From Antedon mediterranea (Eukaryota > Animalia > Echinodermata): 64,000 nucleotides of DNA. Under the pieces are notes generated by a model. The model was not told the DNA's origin and did no database searches. It saw only the letters and a list, made by a program, of their open reading frames with translations. The stretch is from positions 12,820,771 through 12,884,770 of the forward strand of contig NC_092676.1 in assembly GCF_964355755.1 (NCBI RefSeq), in the 5' to 3' direction. Numbering within the stretch: position 1 is the stretch's first letter; the number at the start of each line of letters is the position of its first letter. Position numbers and translations under genes: made by a program. This document shows, piece by piece, positions 1-10,100 of the stretch.

Positions 1-87
1 AAAACTTTTCACACAAAAACATCAAAGTGTACAAAATAGCTTCAAATCGCATTTGGAGACGTTTTAGACCATTTTGTGCATTTCGAT
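1..87 (+). repeat. Representative family A monomer (87 bp)
   Basis: aaaacttttcacacaaaaacatcaaagtgtacaaaatagcttcaaatcgcatttggagacgttttagaccattttgtgcatttcgat; the next unit starts at 88. Confidence 0.95.
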
Positions 88-165
88 GAAACTTGGTTAC
101 ACAAAAACATCAAAGTGCTTAAAATCACATTTGAAATCGTTTTAGACCATTTTGAGCATTTCGAT
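88..165 (+). repeat. Representative family B monomer (78 bp)
   Basis: gaaacttggttacacaaaaacatcaaagtgcttaaaatcacatttgaaatcgttttagaccattttgagcatttcgat; 10 bp shorter than the 88-bp class in the aatagcttc region. Confidence 0.95.
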
Positions 166-252
166 AAAACTTTTCACACAAAAAAATCAAAGTGCACAAA
201 ATAGCTTCAAATCGCATTTGGAGACGTTTTAGACTATTTTGTGCATTTCGAA

Positions 253-340
253 AAAATTTGTTAACATAAAAAGACCAAAGTGTTTAGAATAGCTTCAAAT
301 CGCATTTGGAGACGTTTTAGACCATTTTGTGCATTTCGAT
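253..340 (+). repeat. Family C monomer (88 bp); this copy has a chimeric right half
   Basis: aaaatttgttaacataaaaagaccaaagtgtttagaat...; A+B+C = 253 bp, matching the ORF offset 8444->8697. Confidence 0.93.
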
Positions 341-505
341 GAAACTTGGTTACACAAAAACATCAAAGTGCTTAAAATCACATTTGAAACCGTTTTAGAG
401 CATTTTGAGCATTTCGATAAAACTTTTCACACAAAAACATCAAAGTGTACAAAATAACTTCAAATCGCATTTAGAGACGTTTTAGACCATTTTGTGCATT
501 TTGGT

Positions 506-592
506 AAAACTTTTCACACAAAAACATCAAATTGCACAAAATAGCTTAATATCGTGTTTGAAAACGTTTTAAACCATTTTGAGCATGTCGAT
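506..592 (+). repeat. Representative family D monomer (87 bp)
   Basis: Diagnostic aaattgcacaaaatagcttaatatcgtgtttgaaaacgttttaaaccattttgagcatgtcgat. Confidence 0.9.
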
Positions 593-2479
593 AAAACTTT
601 TCACATAAAAATATCAAAGTGCACAGAATAGCTTCAAATCGCATTTGGAGACGTTTTAGACAATTTTGTGCATTTTGGTAAAACTTTTCACACAAAAACA
701 TCAAATTGCACAAAATAGCTTAATATCGTGTTTGAAAACGTTTTAAACCATTTTGAGCATGTCGATAAAACTTTTCACTCAAAAATATCAAAGTGCACAG
801 AATATCTTCAAATCGCATTTAGAGACGTTTTAGACCATTTTGTGCATTTTGAAAAAATTTGTTAACATAAAAAGACCAAAGTGTTTAGAATATCTCCAAA
901 TCGCATTTGGAGACGTTTTAGACCATTTTGTGTTTTTCGAAAAAACTTTTCACACAAAAACATCAAAGTGTACAAAATTGCTTCAAATCGCATTTGGAGA
1001 CGTTTTAGACCATTTTGTGCATTTTGGTAAAACTTTTCACACAAAAACATCAAAATTCACAAAATAGCTTAATATCGTGTTTGAAAACGTTTTAAACCAT
1101 TTTGAGCATGTCGATAAAACTTTTCACTCAAAAATATCAAAGTGCACAGAATATCTTCAAATCGCATTTAGAGACGTTTTAGACCATTTTGTGCATTTCG
1201 AAAAAAATTGTTAACATAAAAAGACCAAAGTGTTTAGAATATCTCCAAATCGCATTTGGAGACGTTTTAGACCATTTTGCGCATTTCGATGAAACTTGGT
1301 TACACAAAAACATCAAAGTGCTTAAAATCACATTTAAAACCGTTTTAGAGCGTTTTGAGCATTTCGATAAACTTTTCAAACAAAAACATCAAAGTGTACA
1401 AAATAGCTTCAAATCGTATTTGGAGACGTTTTAGACCATTTTGTGCGTTTCGATGAATCTTGGTTACACAAAAACATCAAAGTGCTTAAAATCACATTTA
1501 AAACCGTTTTAGTGCATTTTGAGCATTTCGATAAAACTTTTCACACAAAAACATCAAAGTGCACAAAATAGCTTCAAATCGCATTTAGAGATGTTTTAGA
1601 CCATTTTGTGCGTTTCGATAAAACTTTTCACACAAAAACATCAAATTGCACAAAATAGCTTAATATCGTGTTTGAAAACGTTTTAGACCATTTTGAGCAT
1701 GTCGATAAAACTTTTCACACAAAAACATAAAAGTGCACAAAATAGCTTCAAATCGCATTTAGAGATGTTTTAGACCATTTTGTGCGTTTCGATAAAACTT
1801 TTCACACAAAAACATCAAATTGCACAAAATAGCTTAATATCGTGTTTGAAAACGTTTTAGACCATTTTGAGCATGTCGATAAAACTTTTCACACAAAAAC
1901 ATAAAAGTGCACAGAATAGCTTCAAATCGCATTTGGAGACGTTTTAGACCATTTTGTGCATTTCGAAAAAACTTTTTAACATAAAAACACCAAAGTGCTT
2001 AGAATAGCTTCAAATCGCATTTGGATACGTTTTAGACCATTTTGTGCATTTCGATGAAACTTGGTTACACAAAAACATCAAAGTGCTTAAAATCACATTT
2101 GAAACCGTTATAGAGCATTTTTAGCATTTCGATAAAACTTTTCACACAAAAACATCAAAGTGTACAAAATAGCTTCAAATCACATTTGAAACCGTTTTAG
2201 ACCATTTTGAGCATTTCGATAAAACTTTTCACACAAAAACATCAAAGTGTACAGAATAGCTTCAAATCGCATTTGGAGAAGTTTTAGACCATTTTGTGCA
2301 TTTCGATGAAACTTGGTTACACAAAAACATCAAAGTGCTTAAAATCACATTTGAAACCGTTTTAGAGCATTTTTAACATTTCGATAATACTTTTCACACA
2401 AAAACATCAAAGTGTACAAAATAGCTTCAAATCACATTTGAAACCGTTTTAGACCATATTGAGCATTTCGATAAAACTT

Positions 2480-5400
2480 TTCACACAAAAACATCAAAGT
2501 GTACAAAATAGCTTCAAATCGCATTTGGAGACGTTTTAGACCATTTTGTGCATTTCGATGAAACTTGGTTACACAAAAACATCAAAGTGCTTAAAATCAC
2601 ATTTGAAAGCGTTTTAGAGCATTTTTAGCATTTCGATAATACTTTTCACACAAAAACATCAAAGTGCACAAAATAGCTTCAAATCGCATTTAGAGATGTT
2701 TTAGACCATTTTGTGCATTTCGATAAAACTTTTCACACAAAAACATCAAATTGCACAAAATAGCTTAATACCGTGTTTGAAATCATTTTAAACCATTTTG
2801 AGCATGTCGATAAAACTTTTCACACAAAAACATCAAAGTGTTTAGAATATCTCCAAATCGCATTTGGAGACGTTTTAGACCATTTTGTGCATTTCGATGA
2901 AACTTGGTTACACAAAAACATCAAAGTGCTTAAAATCACATTTGAAACCGTTTTAGAGCATTTTGAGCATTTCGATAAAACTTTTCAAACAAAAACATCA
3001 AAGTGTACAAAATAGCTTCAAATCACATTTGAAACCGTTTTAGACCATTTTGAGCATTTCGATAAAACTTTTCACACAAAAACATCAAAGTGTACAAAAT
3101 AGCTTCAAATCGCATTTGGAGACGTTTTAGACCATTTTGTGCATTTCGATGAAACTTGGTTACACAAAAACATCAAAGTGCTTAAAATCACATTTGAAAC
3201 CGTTTTAGAGCATTTTTAGCATTTCGATAATACTTTTCACACAAAACATCAAAGTGTACAAAATAGCTTCAAATCGCATTTGGAGACGTTTTAGACCATT
3301 TTGTGCATTTCGATGAAACTTGGTTACACAAAAACATCAAAGTGCTTAAAATCACATTTGAAACCGTTTTAGACCATTTTGAGCATTTCGATAAAACTTT
3401 TCACACAAAAAAATCAAAGTGCACAAAATAGCTTCAAATCGCATTTGGGGACGTTTTAGACTATTTTGTGCATTTCGAAAAAAATTGTTAACATAAAAAG
3501 ACCAAAGTGTTTAGAATATCTCCAAATCGCATTTGGAGACGTTTTAAACCATTTTGTGCATTTCGATGGAACTTGGTTACACAAAAACATCAAAGTGCTT
3601 AAAATCACATTTAAAACCGTTTTAGAGCATTTTTAGCATTTCGATAAAACTTTTCACACAAAAACATCAAAGTGTACAAAATAGCTTCAAATCGCATTTA
3701 GAGAGGTTTTAGACAATTTTGTGCATTTCGATAAAACTTTTCACACAAAAACATCAAAGTGTACAAAATAGCTTCAAATTGCATTTAGAGACGTTTTAGA
3801 CCATTTTGTGCATTTCGATAAAACTTTTCACACAAAAACATAAAATTGCACAAAATCGTTTTAAACCATTTTAAATCGTTTTAAACCATTTTGAGCATGT
3901 CGATAAAACTTTTCACAAAAAACATCAAAGTGCACAGAATAGCTTCAAATTGCATTTGGAGACGTTTTAGAGCATTTTGTGCATTTCGATAAAATGTGTT
4001 AACATAAAAAGACCAAAGTGTTTAGAATATCTTCAAATCACATTTGGAGACGTTTTAGACCATTTTTTGCATTTCGATGAAACTTGGTTACACAAAAACA
4101 TCAAAGTGCTTAAAATCACATTTGAAACCTTTTTAGAGCATTTTGAGCATTTCGATAAAACTTTTCACACAAAAACATCAAAGTGTACAAAATAGCTTCA
4201 AATCGCATTTAGAGACGTTTTAGACCATTTTTTGCATTTCGATGAAACTTGGTTACACAAAAACATCAAAGTGCTTAAAATCACATTTAAAACCGTTTTA
4301 GAGCATTTTTAGCATTTCGATAAAACTTTTCACACAAAAACATCAAAGTGTACAAAATAGCTTCAAATCGCATTTAGAGAGGTTTTAGACAATTTTGTGC
4401 ATTTCGATAAAACTTTTCACACAAAAACATCAAAGTGTACAAAATAGCTTCAAATTGCATTTAGAGACGTTTTAGACCATTTTGTGCATTTCGATAAAAC
4501 TTTTCACACAAAAACATCAAATTGCACAAAATCGTTTTAAACCATTTTAAATCGTTTTAAACCATTTTGAGCATTTCGATAAAACTTTTCACAAAAAACA
4601 TCAAAGTGCACAGAATAGCTTCAAATTGCATTTGGAGACGTTTTAGAGCATTTTGTGCATTTCGATAAAATGTGTTAACATAAAAAGACCAAAGTGTTTA
4701 GAATATCTTCAAATCACATTTGGAGACGTTTTAGACCATTTTTTGCATTTCGATGAAACTTGGTTACACAAAAACATCAAAGTGCTTAAAATCACATTTG
4801 AAACCGTTTTAGAGCATTTTGAGCATTTCGATAAAACTTTTCACACAAAAACATCAAAGTGTACAAAATAGCTTCAAATCGCATTTGGAGACGTTTTAGA
4901 CCATTTTGTGCATTTCGATGAAACTTGGTTACACAAAAACATCAAAGTGCTTAAAATCACATTTGAAAGCGTTTTAGAGCATTTTTAGCATTTCGATAAT
5001 ACTTTTCACACAAAAACATCAAAGTGCACAAAATAGCTTCAAATCGCATTTAGAGATGTTTTAGACCATTTTGTGCATTTCGATAAAACTTTTCACACAA
5101 AAACATCAAATTGCACAAAATAGCTTAATACCGTGTTTGAAATCATTTTAAACCATTTTGAGCATGTCGATAAAACTTTTCACACAAAAACATCAAAGTG
5201 TTTAGAATATCTCCAAATCGCATTTGGAGACGTTTTAGACCATTTTGTGCATTTCGATGAAACTTGGTTACACAAAAACATCAAAGTGCTTAAAATCACA
5301 TTTGAAACCGTTTTAGAGCATTTTGAGCATTTCGATAAAACTTTTCAAACAAAAACATCAAAGTGTACAAAATAGCTTCAAATCACATTTGAAACCGTTT

Positions 5401-7190
5401 TAGACCATTTTGAGCATTTCGATAAAACTTTTCACACAAAAACATCAAAGTGTACAAAATAGCTTCAAATCGCATTTGGAGACGTTTTAGACCATTTTGT
5501 GCATTTCGATGAAACTTGGTTACACAAAAACATCAAAGTGCTTAAAATCACATTTGAAACCGTTTTAGAGCATTTTTAGCATTTCGATAATACTTTTCAC
5601 ACAAAACATCAAAGTGTACAAAATAGCTTCAAATCGCATTTGGAGACGTTTTAGACCATTTTGTGCATTTCGATGAAACTTGGTTACACAAAAACATCAA
5701 AGTGCTTAAAATCACATTTGAAACCGTTTTAGACCATTTTGAGCATTTCGATAAAACTTTTCACACAAAAACATCAAAGTGTACAAAATAGCTTCAAATC
5801 GCATTTAGAGAGGTTTTAGACAATTTTGTGCATTTCGATAAAACTTTTCACACAAAAACATCAAAGTGTACAAAATAGCTTCAAATTGCATTTAGAGACG
5901 TTTTAGACCATTTTGTGCATTTCGATAAAACTTTTCACACAAAAACATCAAATTGCACAAAATCGTTTTAAACCATTTTAAATCGTTTTAAACCATTTTG
6001 AGCATTTCGATAAAACTTTTCACAAAAAACATCAAAGTGCACAGAATAGCTTCAAATTGCATTTGGAGACGTTTTAGAGCATTTTGTGCATTTCGATAAA
6101 ATGTGTTAACATAAAAAGACCAAAGTGTTTAGAATATCTTCAAATCACATTTGGAGACGTTTTAGACCATTTTTTGCATTTCGATGAAACTTGGTTACAC
6201 AAAAACATCAAAGTGCTTAAAATCACATTTGAAACCGTTTTAGAGCATTTTGAGCATTTCGATAAAACTTTTCACACAAAAACATCAAAGTGTACAAAAT
6301 AGCTTCAAATCGCATTTGGAGACGTTTTAGACCATTTTGTGCATTTCGATGAAACTTGGTTACACAAAAACATCAAAGTGCTTAAAATCACATTTGAAAG
6401 CGTTTTAGAGCATTTTTAGCATTTCGATAATACTTTTCACACAAAAACATCAAAGTGCACAAAATAGCTTCAAATCGCATTTAGAGATGTTTTAGACCAT
6501 TTTGTGCATTTCGATAAAACTTTTCACACAAAAACATCAAATTGCACAAAATAGCTTAATACCGTGTTTGAAATCATTTTAAACCATTTTGAGCATGTCG
6601 ATAAAACTTTTCACACAAAAACATCAAAGTGTTTAGAATATCTCCAAATCGCATTTGGAGACGTTTTAGACCATTTTGTGCATTTCGATGAAACTTGGTT
6701 ACACAAAAACATCAAAGTGCTTAAAATCACATTTGAAACCGTTTTAGAGCATTTTGAGCATTTCGATAAAACTTTTCAAACAAAAACATCAAAGTGTACA
6801 AAATAGCTTCAAATCACATTTGAAACCGTTTTAGACCATTTTGAGCATTTCGATAAAACTTTTCACACAAAAACATCAAAGTGTACAAAATAGCTTCAAA
6901 TCGCATTTGGAGACGTTTTAGACCATTTTGTGCATTTCGATGAAACTTGGTTACACAAAAACATCAAAGTGCTTAAAATCACATTTGAAACCGTTTTAGA
7001 GCATTTTTAGCATTTCGATAATACTTTTCACACAAAACATCAAAGTGTACAAAATAGCTTCAAATCGCATTTGGAGACGTTTTAGACCATTTTGTGCATT
7101 TCGATGAAACTTGGTTACACAAAAACATCAAAGTGCTTAAAATCACATTTGAAACCGTTTTAGACCATTTTGAGCATTTCGATAAAACTT
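2480..7190 (+). repeat. Local duplications with 2360-bp and 1431-bp periods
   Basis: The same ORF occurs at 2773, 5133 and 6564 (offsets 2360, 1431); 4653->6084 = 1431; the 2360 offset recurs at 50481->52841. Confidence 0.8.
3560..4890 (+). repeat. 676-bp 8-monomer higher-order repeat (C-B-A-B-A-A-D'-A), tandem pair; the pair recurs near 7.4-8.7k, 9.2-10.5k, 11.0-12.3k, 51.3-52.6k, 53.6-55.0k and 60.8-62.2k
   Basis: ORF offsets 3977->4653, 7768->8444, 9593->10269, 11418->12094, 54045->54721 and 61249->61925 are all 676. Monomer sum 88+78+87+78+87+87+85+86 = 676. Confidence 0.9.
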
Positions 7191-10100
7191 TTCACACAAA
7201 AAAATCAAAGTGCACAAAATAGCTTCAAATCGCATTTGGGGACGTTTTAGACTATTTTGTGCATTTCGAAAAAAATTGTTAACATAAAAAGACCAAAGTG
7301 TTTAGAATATCTCCAAATCGCATTTGGAGACGTTTTAAACCATTTTGTGCATTTCGATGGAACTTGGTTACACAAAAACATCAAAGTGCTTAAAATCACA
7401 TTTAAAACCGTTTTAGAGCATTTTTAGCATTTCGATAAAACTTTTCACACAAAAACATCAAAGTGTACAAAATAGCTTCAAATCGCATTTAGAGAGGTTT
7501 TAGACAATTTTGTGCATTTCGATAAAACTTTTCACACAAAAACATCAAAGTGTACAAAATAGCTTCAAATTGCATTTAGAGACGTTTTAGACCATTTTGT
7601 GCATTTCGATAAAACTTTTCACACAAAAACATAAAATTGCACAAAATCGTTTTAAACCATTTTAAATCGTTTTAAACCATTTTGAGCATGTCGATAAAAC
7701 TTTTCACAAAAAACATCAAAGTGCACAGAATAGCTTCAAATTGCATTTGGAGACGTTTTAGAGCATTTTGTGCATTTCGATAAAATGTGTTAACATAAAA
7801 AGACCAAAGTGTTTAGAATATCTTCAAATCACATTTGGAGACGTTTTAGACCATTTTTTGCATTTCGATGAAACTTGGTTACACAAAAACATCAAAGTGC
7901 TTAAAATCACATTTGAAACCGTTTTAGAGCATTTTGAGCATTTCGATAAAACTTTTCACACAAAAACATCAAAGTGTACAAAATAGCTTCAAATCGCATT
8001 TAGAGACGTTTTAGACCATTTTTTGCATTTCGATGAAACTTGGTTACACAAAAACATCAAAGTGCTTAAAATCACATTTAAAACCGTTTTAGAGCATTTT
8101 TAGCATTTCGATAAAACTTTTCACACAAAAACATCAAAGTGTACAAAATAGCTTCAAATCGCATTTAGAGAGGTTTTAGACAATTTTGTGCATTTCGATA
8201 AAACTTTTCACACAAAAACATCAAAGTGTACAAAATAGCTTCAAATTGCATTTAGAGACGTTTTAGACCATTTTGTGCATTTCGATAAAACTTTTCACAC
8301 AAAAACATCAAATTGCACAAAATCGTTTTAAACCATTTTAAATCGTTTTAAACCATTTTGAGCATTTCGATAAAACTTTTCACAAAAAACATCAAAGTGC
8401 ACAGAATAGCTTCAAATTGCATTTGGAGACGTTTTAGAGCATTTTGTGCATTTCGATAAAATGTGTTAACATAAAAAGACCAAAGTGTTTAGAATATCTT
8501 CAAATCACATTTGGAGACGTTTTAGACCATTTTTTGCATTTCGATGAAACTTGGTTACACAAAAACATCAAAGTGCTTAAAATCACATTTGAAACCGTTT
8601 TAGAGCATTTTGAGCATTTCGATAAAACTTTTCACACAAAAACATCAAAGTGTACAAAATAGCTTCAAATCGCATTTAGAGACGTTTTAGACCATTTTGT
8701 GCATTTCGAAAAAATTTGTTAACATAAAAAGACCAAAGTGTTTAGAATATCTCCAAATCGCATTTGGAGACGTTTTAGACCATTTTGTGCATTTCGATGA
8801 AACTTGGTTACACAAAAACATCAAAGTGCTTAAAATAAAAAAAAATGATTTTCACACAAAAACATCAAAGTGTACAAAATAGCTTCAAATCGCATTTGGA
8901 GACGTTTTAGACCATTTTGTGCATTTCGATGAAACTTGGTTACACAAAAACATCAAAGTGCTTAAAATCACATTTGAAACCGTTTTAGACCATTTTGAGC
9001 ATTTCGATAAAACTTTTCACACAAAAAAATCAAAGTGCACAAAATAGCTTCAAATCGCATTTGGGGACGTTTTAGACTATTTTGTGCATTTCGAAAAAAA
9101 TTGTTAACATAAAAAGACCAAAGTGTTTAGAATATCTCCAAATCGCATTTGGAGACGTTTTAAACCATTTTGTGCATTTCGATGGAACTTGGTTACACAA
9201 AAACATCAAAGTGCTTAAAATCACATTTAAAACCGTTTTAGAGCATTTTTAGCATTTCGATAAAACTTTTCACACAAAAACATCAAAGTGTACAAAATAG
9301 CTTCAAATCGCATTTAGAGAGGTTTTAGACAATTTTGTGCATTTCGATAAAACTTTTCACACAAAAACATCAAAGTGTACAAAATAGCTTCAAATTGCAT
9401 TTAGAGACGTTTTAGACCATTTTGTGCATTTCGATAAAACTTTTCACACAAAAACATAAAATTGCACAAAATCGTTTTAAACCATTTTAAATCGTTTTAA
9501 ACCATTTTGAGCATGTCGATAAAACTTTTCACAAAAAACATCAAAGTGCACAGAATAGCTTCAAATTGCATTTGGAGACGTTTTAGAGCATTTTGTGCAT
9601 TTCGATAAAATGTGTTAACATAAAAAGACCAAAGTGTTTAGAATATCTTCAAATCACATTTGGAGACGTTTTAGACCATTTTTTGCATTTCGATGAAACT
9701 TGGTTACACAAAAACATCAAAGTGCTTAAAATCACATTTGAAACCGTTTTAGAGCATTTTGAGCATTTCGATAAAACTTTTCACACAAAAACATCAAAGT
9801 GTACAAAATAGCTTCAAATCGCATTTAGAGACGTTTTAGACCATTTTTTGCATTTCGATGAAACTTGGTTACACAAAAACATCAAAGTGCTTAAAATCAC
9901 ATTTAAAACCGTTTTAGAGCATTTTTAGCATTTCGATAAAACTTTTCACACAAAAACATCAAAGTGTACAAAATAGCTTCAAATCGCATTTAGAGAGGTT
10001 TTAGACAATTTTGTGCATTTCGATAAAACTTTTCACACAAAAACATCAAAGTGTACAAAATAGCTTCAAATTGCATTTAGAGACGTTTTAGACCATTTTG

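Noticed and set aside
8837-8848. Retrotransposon poly-A tail
   Set aside because: Only A9, with no element body or target-site duplication, and accompanied by a deletion; kept as a repair scar instead.
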